Part shown: positions 1 to 11,441 of the stretch, one piece after another
Layout of the letters: every line of letters starts with the position of its first letter
Position numbering within the stretch: position 1 is the stretch's first letter
Source: Chlorokybus atmophyticus
Taxonomy: Eukaryota > Plantae > Mesostigma and Chlorokybus algae
Reading direction: 5' to 3'
NCBI GenBank assembly: GCA_009103225.1
Contig: RHPI01003614.1
Coordinates: 15,829 to 79,828 of the forward strand
DNA length: 64,000 nucleotides
Notes under the pieces: generated by a model
Told to the model about the DNA's origin: nothing
Database searches by the model: none
The model's input: the letters and a program-made list of their open reading frames with translations, nothing else
Made by a program: the position numbers and the translations under genes

Positions 1-2969
1 CATCAACGAAAGTATGTTGAGAATATTAGGCATCACCTGAGGTCATTAACTGCTGTGTGTCGGGTACCATTGCAGCGTACTGTGTTTGACAATGCCCGAC
101 ACATGCGTGGCTCGGGCGGAGCCCATCATGCCATGTTTCTGTGGTGCGCTTGAGTTGCGCTGACAGTACTAAACCATGGCCTAGTACTAATGAGCCTACT
201 GCTGTAATTGCACTCGACCTTACGACACCCTCCCAATAGCGATGAAGTGTTGAATGACCGTTTTGCATTAGGTTAATTTAGTCATTCATAATGACTGTCA
301 CACTCCATGTAAGAACAATCGGTGCCAATAGGGAGCGTCAGTATAGCGAGGGCAAGTATGAAACTGATTGTTTAGGGCTTCGATACCTCGCTATAGCGAC
401 CAGTTGTTATGACCTGGAGTTGTAAGCACATCTGGATCCGTAGTAACCACCATTGCCATTGCATAGAGATGTTCGACTCTAAATCAATGTAGTAGTCATG
501 TTTCGTAAGTAAAACCCTCGTTACATTGATAAATTGTCATTACGTAGCATTGACGCTTTATAACAATGATTAATTACTGCATCTGAAGAACGACATTTTC
601 GTGTCATAAGAAAATGATTATACACATTCGTGGTCATTATATCAAAAGTAGACTGTGACTCGTTGCAAATCCAAATGAGTCACCATTTGTTCACCGTTTC
701 TCATAGGGACACAACCTGTTCCTTCAGTTATTAATCAATAATTTTAATAAAGTTCAAAGTTTTGAACCTTTACGAATACGATAGACTTAAACTGCCATTA
801 ATGCAACTTAACCGCGCTGCTGTAACATGGCATAGGGTAAAACACAATGATTGAATTTTCTTCACTTTTGTCTTCTCCAATACTTGCGCATCTTTATGTA
901 GCATATAGCAATATCGTGTTAATCTTGAATCTGAAATGGAAGTGTTCCAACCCAGCAGAATTAAAGCGGTAGTGGTTAAATATAACAACTCGATGCTTTA
1001 CTCGGGTAGTAGGCTCTTAGAAAGAGGCCCACCCGAAACTCTCATCCCTACAGTGGCCTCAAGGAGCCAATGTAGGGTACAATGTAGGGTAGTGTAATAA
1101 TTTTACAAGGTGACCCATACTATGCTATCCTTACCATTGGGTGTCTTAAGTATATGTACTCTCCTCTTTGTTTTTGTAACTGGCTTTGCACAATGGGTTT
1201 AACATGCACACCTGAGATGATCAAAACAATTTGCATTGTCAGTCAACCCGAGTGGATAAAGCCACTGGAAACAACATTGCCGCTGAAAATGTTGATGCGA
1301 GCCAAGCCTGTTGTGTATCCATAATATGCATGGTGCAATGTCATTGAACGGCAACAACTATAAGCAAGACACAATGGGGGGCCGCCCGCTGAATCAAGGC
1401 CAAGTGCCGAGGGACACTAGCACTGTTTCGAAGCATTGGTACCATGGATGTGTACAAAGTACATGATATGCGCGAGACAGCTGGAGACATGCATGATGCC
1501 AAACAATAGCGTACCAACCAGTGTTGGTACGCTATTGTTTGGCATCATGGAAGCATATGAGGTGTCATAAGGGGGCTACAGGTAAGCAGGCAAAGAAGAG
1601 GGTAATAGATACAGATGCTTGTCAGCAGCATGTAGATCAAAAAGCCATTATATACCATCATACACATTCCGTTGCGTTCTTGGTACATGCAGTGCGTGAG
1701 TAGTGCATGTTGCCATGGCATGCACTGCTGACAGTACCACATACGAGCGCGACAAGCACTGCTTGTTGCGACATCAGTGCATGATGCACTGCTGATGTCA
1801 GCAGTGCATTGCTGAAGATTACAATGGCAGACTATCAATGACATCAACAAGCAGAGAGGAGGGGCGAGGGATGCGGGATTGCGGGAGGAGGGAGAGTCCG
1901 TCCGCCGTTGATGCTGCCGACTGCCTAGCGCTGCCGACCGCGACCAACTAGTTGCACGTTGCGCAAGTAATTGTATGTATCTGTACAATGTGCCGTATGT
2001 ATGCTCATGCACAGAAACATGCAAGCATCCCCGCCCTCCGCCATGTCTAACCAGCCTGCGCTTGCTGCTGCTGCTACGCTCTATCCCTTGTCTTGCCCTT
2101 CACCTGCCAAGCCTTCGTTCTTATCCGTACTGCCTGTTGCACAGGTCCGCTTGCTCTTGTACCCTTGAACATGCTTGCCCCTGCCCTGCTCTGCTGCCCT
2201 CGCCCCCACCCCCCGCTCACACCAAGCACATAGCTAGAGCACATAGCTACCTTGTTGCTTGGCCGTGTTCTAATTGAAGTGCCCATGCTGGTGTGACTGC
2301 TGGTGTGACTGCTAATTGCTTGGGTGCGCCTTGCTGTGCTTGGCACGTTGTGCATACGTTTGGAAAGCCTATGCAAGTGTAGGCAACATACAACATGCAG
2401 GCAGTCATAGTTGTTCAATATTTTACCACCGGGTTGACCTGTTCTACCTTCACTACTAACGCTACCACCCCGTTAGACATGCAAGCATCTGCCAATTACC
2501 TGCACAACCAGCCGCTACGCAGTTAGTCTTGGTCAACAGCGCCAGGCCGTCGGCAGCAACAGCAGACGGATTCCCCCTCCCTCCTCTCGCCAGCATTACC
2601 CTCGCCCCTCCTCTCCGTTCTGCTGCTGCCTTCGGCAGCCCTTTGTAGCCCTAAACCCCACACTGTTGACGTCAGCAGTGCACGCTTGCAGTGGTGGCGC
2701 GCGGCATGGTTCGGTGCAGGCGGTGGGGTTGGGTGGTGGGGTTGGGGGCCTGTGTCCTTCGCATGGGCAAGCCGCTTCATCATGCATATGTGCATGTATG
2801 TCTAACGGGGTTTGCGTACTGGTGAAGGTGGGTAGATAGTGATTTACTATATATAGCCCGCAGGTGCACTGATGCATATGTCGTGCATGCCACATTCCCT
2901 CATTGCATACTTTGTACAGCAGCTACGACAGCCATAGCCCTCAAAGGTTTGCAACTCCTACCGTCGGTC

Positions 2970-4262
2970 GCAATGTTTCCCGATTGCTAGTTCGGCTGCA
3001 GCTGTGACAACCGTAAGCATCCGTCCTTAGCAATCAACCAATACTGTGGCATTGTTCAGCTGTAGTAGTTGAAGACATGAATGCCCATCATACAAATCAG
3101 CACGGCCTGATTGGGTAGCAACCAAACAACCTGCTTAAGCATGTAACCCCTACACTACAACACACTCGCCTAGCGCATGTACTGTACATCCTGATAATCC
3201 TTCAACATACACACACGCATGGCGTTTGGTAGATTGCAATCGGTGTTCAATACCACTCGCACAGCCATCGACAAACGGTGGCATCTGCAGCTCCAAACTT
3301 ATGACTTTACTACGCAGTACACGCAGATACCATATCTGTGACAGCATGAGGACTTGCTGCTCCGCATGAGGCGTTTGGTGGATGCCACGTTCGCCATGCA
3401 GTGGAAGCTACAGCGCGCTACCCACTTACACCTGAGTGTTCAACCAGATGCTTCTGTGCGACATCACTGGAGCGCTGGCGCGCAGTACACCTCCGATGAC
3501 GACAGCAACTGGCGCACAATCACCGTGCAGTCGCTGAGTGACATGCTGCAGTACTTGCTACGCAACTTGTACATCAGGACCAGCAGTGACGAACTGTACA
3601 GGCAGCAAGTGGGAATCCCAATGGGCAATAATGCTGGCGTGCACTTGGCTAATGGCTACTTATTGACTTATGAGCTGAACTTCATGCAACGGCTGCGCAT
3701 GCAGGGCCACGGACACTTGGTGGGGCAGTACGCTCGCAACGTCCTACATTACATTGATGATTTGTTTGTGGTGGCCATTCCTAACTTTGAGCGACTGATG
3801 TATGTGGATCCAACCGTGCCCGGAGGTGGACTCTATCCGCGGGACATCCTCACGGTGTCGCGCACAGCGATGGGTGAAGCACTCCCCTTTTTGGACTTGT
3901 CCATATTCCAAACCGCTGATGGCATTTGTACTGAACTGTACAGCAAAAAGGAGCTGCCAGCCTTCCGCGGTATTCCACGTCACAGAGCATCGCTGCCAGC
4001 CTCCAACATACCAAACAGCGTACAGCTTGGTGTGGTCGAGTCGCAGTACACACGGTTTGTACGCCTGTGTACGTACATGACGCACTTCATCACAGCCATG
4101 GCGGACTTACTACACGCCATGCACGCCGACGGCCATTCGCTGAAAAAGCCATTGGCGATGCTGCGACAAAGAATGTCAAAGACAGATGCATATGTCTACT
4201 GCACAGCACCAATGCTGCTCTACATGATGGTGGTCACGTACTTGCAGCAGCACTACCGGTGA
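2970..4262 (+). pseudogene. PLE reverse transcriptase, 5' part degraded
   Basis: FPIASSAAAVTTVS (~2975-3020) resembles PLE RT motif 2. An in-frame TGA at ~3340 separates motif A from the open 3354-4262 segment (GIPMG, YIDD, PFLDL, LYSKK). Confidence 0.75.
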
Positions 4263-4299
4263 TGAGCGACCCATGCACTGCATGGGTCGCTCATCACCG
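4257..4299. repeat. Perfect 21-bp palindrome with 1-nt loop overlapping the RT stop codon
   Basis: cggtgatgagcgacccatgca-c-tgcatgggtcgctcatcaccg. Confidence 0.95.
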
Positions 4300-5016
4300 A
4301 TATGGGGAGCAGGCTGTTGGTAACACAGCGTGCCCGTGCGAACGAAGGAGGACACCAACCCCACCACCCAACCCCACCACCGACACCTAACCGTCAGCAG
4401 CGACACTGCGCAACGCAGGGCTGACAGTGCTGGCAGTCGCCCTGCATGCGTGTGCCAGAGGGAGACAGGGCAGAGGGGCCCTGCCACATCAGCAGCGCCG
4501 AGGGTTGCGAGTCGCAGCGACTGCTGCCGAACTGAAGAGAAGGAGGAGCGGAGGGAGAAAGAGGCGGAGGAGGGAGAGGAGCAGGAGGGGGACGAAGAGA
4601 GAGAGGGAGACAGAGGGGAAGGAGGGAGGGAGAGGGAGGGGAAGGGAACTCATGGGCTGCCTGCTGACTGCATTGCCACTGCTGCACCGCTACATCTGCT
4701 TGCTACCGTTGTTAACGCTGCCCTGATCGTGTTGTACAGGTAATTACACGTGCATGCATGTGTGTTGCAACGGGTATGGGCAGTAGTGAAGGTAGATAAG
4801 TAGTGAACTTGGACATCCCAGTGGTGAATAAAAGTGCGATGGTGTAGTGTGCGGACTGCATGCATGTTTGCTACATTCTCATGCATGCCACAATCCTTGC
4901 ATACTATATTATGCACACTAGTGAAAGTGAAACCGACCTATTACTACGCTATGCCAAAAGCACAACTGCGCACTTGTTTCCAGTATGTACATAATAACAT
5001 ACTTGTATAAGCACGC

Positions 5017-8000
5017 TCACGTTGTCAGGTCTGATGGCAGTGTGGATGACTTGCAGCCAAGCACGGGTACACTTGTGTCTGGTATGTACACGCAGCGAGG
5101 GTCTGCGTCCACGCGCCCATCCGGTTGAACAAGAATAGGGTAGGGTAGTATATGTCCCTGTGGAAGCGGGAAGGCCGCGTCGCGCAGGAATACATCATAA
5201 TTGTAGCGTGCGACGGAGTTCACAAACTGTACACACTCTGGACTTTGCGGGCGCAAAAACACCTCTGGCAAGGCGTGTAGGCCGAGGTGTTCTGCGGGGT
5301 TGAGATGGCAACACAATCAGTGAGGTGGGGAAGCACAAGTAGTGATGGTGCTATGCCTAATAATACTTGCAATGCGGTAGTGGCACATGCTGTGAGCTGC
5401 GCATGCACCACCACGCACACATGCAAACAAGTGCATAATCACAAACACGCATGTGCACATGGGTGCGCGCGTGCATACAACCATGCGCGAAAACAGGCGC
5501 GCACGCGCATATAGATACAGACATGCACGAGTGCGTGTCAGCCTGCCAACACACGCCCACTCATACACGCACGCACACATGCGATTGCACACACACGTTG
5601 GCCGCGGGTACCTGTTTGTGCACATGATTTGGGTGCACAAGACACATACCTGCCCACAGAGACATGCGGAAGCCGTGTATGTGTCCACGTGGCAGCTCCC
5701 CGCCGGATTGAAGCATTGTGCGGTGCGGCTGATATGCACCAATGGCAATCTCAGAGTCACGCATACCGTCCATTGAGCGTTGGTTGACATTGGCTGAGCC
5801 TGACAGGCACAGACACGTCTTTATTGTACCGTTTTCAAGTCACATTAATGCTGACACAGGTTTATAAACACACAGCCATGCGTACCCAATATGATGTACT
5901 CGTCGTCCACCATCATCATCTTGGAATGCACGTATATCATAAATCTACGGGAGCGTTGATAGCGGCGCTGCAGACAACACAACACATGTTATGTTGTACC
6001 CACGTTGCATTTCTGACCTTCCTGTGACACAATGGGCTGCACATCCACCTGTTGCGGGCCGACATTGCCCGCAGGCGTGCCGTTGCCATCAGGTGCCTCG
6101 CGGTTGCCAATCCAATAAAAGTTGAGGTATCTGCAGAGCAACTTTAGCATAATGCATCCCGACAGTCATCAGCGCATGGATGCATCAAACAACATACTCT
6201 TGCGGGTGTGCATTAAGTCCACAGTTGCGTATCTCCTTGGCAATCAACTTGTACATGGCTTGCATCGTCAAGTGTTGCCAATGGAGAATCTCCTGCAGAA
6301 GAAGTTGAATGCAGATGCGGAAATATACAGCATTGTTATGAATTGAGTCATTTACATGAACTTGCCTGCACGGTGTCGCTTGCAGGGTCTCCATCTGGGT
6401 ACAACGGAATTACAACATAAGCCGCAAAGCGCTCCCGGTATCTGATCTTCTGGCATATTTTAAGTGCGATCTCGATTGGGATCAGCTGGTTGCACTTCAC
6501 GGACTGGCTCTCATCCCAGGCCTGTGCAAAGCACCCATTACAAGCAGTTGACAGCTGCCACATGCTTATTTTGTGCGTGCATGCTGATTATGTGCAAGCA
6601 CGCACGCGTGCGTGTGTGCATGTCACGCATGTGTGCATAGGTGTGCATGTTTAGGTGAGTGTACGCATGTGTGGATGTGTAGAACTGTGTATACGTTCAG
6701 CGTGCACAATCGGCATGCACACATGGCGTGTGCATACCGAAACACACGCACGTGTGTGACAGAGCTTCTTGTGCCTGCCTATCTGGAAACGAGCATGTGT
6801 ACTGTGCAATTCAAAGCCCAGCTAAGACTTGCTTGTGCACCACAACCTCACAGCTCTAAAGCACGTACAGACACTCTTGGCTTGATGCAAATGCCAAACC
6901 AGACGACATCAGCTTGCAAGCATCACACCTGTGAGGAGCCGAGGAAGTACTGCGATTCAATATAGATGAATTCCTGAGCGCGGCGTATGGCGGCAACATG
7001 CGCGTCGTGTATCGTCCGCTCCACCAGCCGGCCCTTCTGACCCACAAGACCGTCGTTTGCCACCGACGGGCGGTTCTCCCAGCCCGCAACACTCCTCGAG
7101 TCGATCGATCGCAAGACCTGAACACATGCACATGCGCGTGCGCAGTTGCGATCACTACTCATCCCATGTTCTTGACAACTTTGCAATGGCCCGATATTCA
7201 CAATTCATGAACCAACTCGCGTGTCCGCCTTGTCTGATTTGTATTACAGTGTTGCTTACAAGTCAATCTTCATGGTAGGTCAATCAAACATGTTGACGAG
7301 CACAAGTTCACCATGCCATGCGTAATGCATGGCACTGGTACTTGTGCCTTGCCTGAATGTGCCAGCAATTTCGGTTGTCATTGTCCACTGCAGGCTCATA
7401 CTGGACCAACCCAGGCACCGTTGTTAGGTCCAGCAAGTCGCTTGCGTACTGCTTTGCCTGCACCATGACAGACATAACACCACATTACATTACCGACTCC
7501 CAGGACATGAAGATGCTGTTCCTTGGGTTACCGCACACATGCGCGCACGTATATCCGCATGTATCACTGGTGAACTGCTCTCTGTACCTGTTTCAACCAG
7601 CGTTCGGTGAAATTTGTGAGGACGTCCCAAGCTGCAGGCCCGTCGACGAAAGCGTGCAAGTCATGCCAAGGCTCGCGCGGACCGCCGTTGTCCCTACGCG
7701 CGAGTGACATCATTACTAACACGTTCTCAAAGGCAGTTGACATCATGAGACAAGACCATGCTGAAGCCTTTGGCTGAATAACGCCCATGCCACAGCAGGA
7801 GTGTCTTACTGAGTGGCTCCTGGGATGCACTTCTGCCGGAAGTCTTCTTTGTGATAAGTGTGCAGCGTCCTGAGCACAGCAGCTGTTGTCATGCAATTGA
7901 TGTAGACAGTACACATGCCATGTGCTTCATCGCAGCCACGCGCATGCACATGTACACGCACCCAATGCATCTGCTATCATGTGCACGCACACGTGCACAC

Positions 8001-10218
8001 ACACTCTTCAACAGCTAGCATTGGCTTTACTTGAAGAGCGGGTGTTCAGGCGTATCCCATCTGCCGCCGCACAGGTCGAGACCGCCGAGGAAGGCCACGA
8101 GGCGGCGGCTGGACACGTGTGCGCCGGGAGCATCGCACACGAGCGTCTTCTGATGGTGCGTGTAGATGAGGCGTCCGACGCGTTGGCCGTCACGCAGACC
8201 GGACCTCCCACTTCCTTCCCTCGGCACAAGAACCACCTGTGTGTGCAAACTGTAATGAACAATGCTGACTGGTGCAGTGATGGTGAGTATGTGTGCAGTC
8301 ATTGACATGTTTGTGCTGCACCTTGACAGCGGTGTTTGCAAAGTAGACTCGCGTACGCTCATCGTTTACTGCCATGACACCCATCACCTTCACCAGGGCG
8401 GTGTTGTATGAGGTCTGGTCGTCCCAAAGTAGGAGGTTTACAGACACACCCTGCCATTGCACAGTTGTAAGCAAGGAACATTGCCACAAGCGCCTGCGCA
8501 CGCACGCACGCACGCACGCACGCACACCGCATGCATGCGCGCGCATGTATGTGTGTGCGCCATGCGGGTGCATAAGCGTGTGTGCGCGCACGCTGGCACA
8601 GACGGTGCAACTAGTTGTTGACTAGTTGATGCATGTACCTCTGCAGCTTTACGCTTCAACAACTGCCCAAGTGTTTCCATGGACTCGCGAGGCCGGCGGA
8701 CAGGGTCTCGCACGAGGTATATCTCCGTGTATACGGACCAGCCAGCGATGTAGATCAAGTGGCGCGCACCCTCTATCGTGTCATATATGTCCTCCCAACA
8801 GGCCTTCACACACACAGATCGGCTGTGGTTAGTAGTGTTGTGATTAGTACCGTTGATTGTGCTGCACATATCTATTTAGCGGCGCTTTACTACCTACCGG
8901 GACTCTTGCTGCGTAGTTAGGCCTAGTAGTACTTAGCCTACAACAAAGACTCAATGTGCACGAATGCTGTATGTAGCCTTGTGAACAGCAGGCATCTGCG
9001 CAGAAACCTGTGTGCACATACCCGCTGTTTGAAAAATGTGCCATCATCCAGCGGTATTGAAGGTAAAGCTCCAGGAGGTACATGCGCATCCTGCATACAA
9101 AGAGAAGGCAGTTGCCAAGGCAGAATGAATAGGCAGCTTTGTGGATGCACAACTTGTGAGGCTGATAGTCCAGGTTGTGGGAGTTGTTGTTGATTTGCTG
9201 ACTGGCAATAGGTGTATGCACCTGATACAGGATGACATTGTTTGCAGGGCGTATGGGGAAGTAAGTGTTGGGTACGCTAAGGGGGAAAGCTGGCGAGCGC
9301 ACGCTGAACTGCGCATCGTCCTGGCCAAGTGGAACCAACTTGACAAAAATGCTCATTTGACCAAGGTCGTTGCGCTGCATGCCGTCTCTGATGTAAGCAT
9401 GCATACACACAGGTGGTTATTGAGTGCATGTGTTCAAGCAGAGTATGTAGAGTGCAAGAAAAGACTGCTATTGAAGGGCATACTTGTCGGCCAAAGGAAA
9501 CCAGCCATGAAAGGGCTGCCCGGTTGCGATGGTTTCAGCGGGCAATGAGACGGTGCCAAGTATATCGCGGCTGACAATATCGTGGTCCTTGACAAAAAAC
9601 ACCACCTGCGGAAGAGCATGCACATGAAGAAGCACATGCATGCGCTCATTGACAGGACGCGCACATGTGTGCAGGGCCGCATGCACGCAAATGCGCGCGC
9701 ACGCACCCATGCACCCATGAGCAAGCAGCGTGCACACAACATGCGCCCTCCACATAAATGCAGTCAACAACTGCCTTGCCTGCTGCACATCGTGAGCAAC
9801 CAGCACTTCATACTCTTCATTCCACACGGGGTTAAGGTTATTGTTGACCACAGCAGATCGGATGATGCGCGTGGGACCGAGCTCAACCGTTACATAAGGA
9901 TCACTGCGATTCACAAACACTTGAGAAAAAGTGACGTCAACAACGCCAATGCCAACAACAACAACAAGCACAGCAGCAGCAACAGCAGCAACCACAACAC
10001 GACAACGTCAGCGACAGCAACAACAACACATTGCGTAAGCTGTCCATATGTTGTGTGTCTCACCTAACATCTGATCTGATGAAGTCCTCGGCCTTGCGTA
10101 AGAACTTGGCAAGCTTCTTGTGTTTCTGAATGAGCTTGTTGGTGTTAAGCCCATCCGCATCACGCAAGCCTTTCGCCTCATACAGTTTTACGTAAAGGGT
10201 GCCATGCAGAAGAACCAT
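5017..10218 (-). CDS. PLD: Plant-type C2-domain phospholipase D, multi-exon, apparently intact
   Basis: Start [15 protein letters not shown] at 10218. C2 domain [10 protein letters not shown]...NPVWNEEY, then [12 protein letters not shown]1 [10 protein letters not shown] (~8130-8160), [35 protein letters not shown]2 [13 protein letters not shown] (~5905-5935), [12 protein letters not shown], and C-terminus [17 protein letters not shown] at 5017. Exons join in frame at GT-AG sites where checked. Confidence 0.93.
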
Positions 10219-11441
10219 TGTGTTGTTTTGCTCTCAGTAGCTATGCCAATTGTTCATACTGTCTTCCGCATGCTCCCATGATTGTCTTTGTTTGCACTTG
10301 TGGAATTGTTAGGGGGAATCAGCACCTGTTCGGAATAAAAGCTAAAATGCAGGCTAGTCCCAACATACTGTGTAACACAAATGCACACTGGAACATGGCA
10401 TAACTCGATGCTTGCATGCACATTGTCTCGTCACCTTAAGCGCATGCAACAGCATATTCGGTTCAAAGAGAGAGACATACTACACAACCATAATTCGCGT
10501 TTATGTTTGCAGTCCAGCATGCAAGCTAAACTTGAGCTGCATTAAGGTTCTCACTTGTCTTGCACACCTTAGTAACTGCGTATTGCATGCGGCAGCAGCA
10601 AAGAGCACGTGCAATTCGACGTCCAACCAACGGCAAGCCGCAATTACGCGAATGTAGCGACCGCACCCGTAACCACTTATACCAACAGAAGAACAACGCC
10701 GCCACCGGCCCTGACGTCGCCGACGACGGGGTCCACCATTTGTCGCAGGCCACGTGGGTTGCTTATTTGTGTGCCAGCTGGCGGAGCATATGCCGCACAA
10801 GCACTATGCGCCTTGTGCGTCTTGTGCTCCCTGTGCGCTTTGTGCGTCCAGTCCAGTGCTGTCTGACACATTCCAGCGCGGCACAGAGTCGGCAACGAAC
10901 GTGGCCCCTACGTGGCGCTGGTCACCTATGACCGGCCGAAAATTTCGACGACAAACACCTGGTGACGACCTCAAACTGCGACGAATCAGCATTTTACATG
11001 GCTGTTTTGACTGGCAACTCCAGGACATTGTGCTGGGCACGTACACAAAAGAGGCCTTACGGGCAGCGTTGAGTTTGCAGTCGGTTGTAGGTGGGGAAAG
11101 CGGCTGCAACTCCTTCGTTTGCCTGATGCCGGACTTAGACCCTTGAAGATCCGTGGCGGTTCGGACTGCTGACTGGTAATAAAACGGCCGGTTGGACCCT
11201 CGGAGAGCACCGTCCCGTCAAACCACGCCAAGAGCCTGCTGTTTAACCAGACGGCGGCCGTTTGCCGTCAATTGACTGCAGCAAACAGGCCGTGACGTGG
11301 CAAATCCTGCTTATAGCCGGGCGGCGGTGTCTCTGCCGTGGTGGGCGTTGTCGGCGTCGTCATTGGCCTGCCGGAGGCGTCCGTGCCTAGAACTAGCACA
11401 GTGTCTGCCTGATCGGCGGAAGCAAGCAGGTGGCAACGGCG
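10219..11441. promoter_or_regulatory. Probable bidirectional promoter/5'UTR region between divergent PLD and BCAT
   Basis: Inferred only from the head-to-head start codons 1.2 kb apart. No specific motif identified. Confidence 0.35.

Larger units (their letters stand above)
2340..4910 (+). mobile_element. Decayed Penelope-like retroelement (PLE) with rearranged terminal repeats
   Basis: RT motifs LQTYDFTTQYTQIP (~3290-3330, then a stop), YRQQVGIPMG and YIDD in ORF 3354-4262. The flanking repeat at 4330-4900 recurs inverted at ~2340-2780. No GIY-YIG endonuclease follows the RT. Confidence 0.75.

Noticed and set aside
2648-2660. Telomeric repeat linked to the Penelope element
   Set aside because: A single ccctaaaccc (and a similar short match near 30538) is expected by chance. 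There is no array.
5287-9995. Numerous His/Thr/Ala/Cys/Val-rich ORFs here and throughout the window
   Set aside because: They are translation by-products of CA/GT/GC microsatellite-rich introns or antisense frames of real exons.
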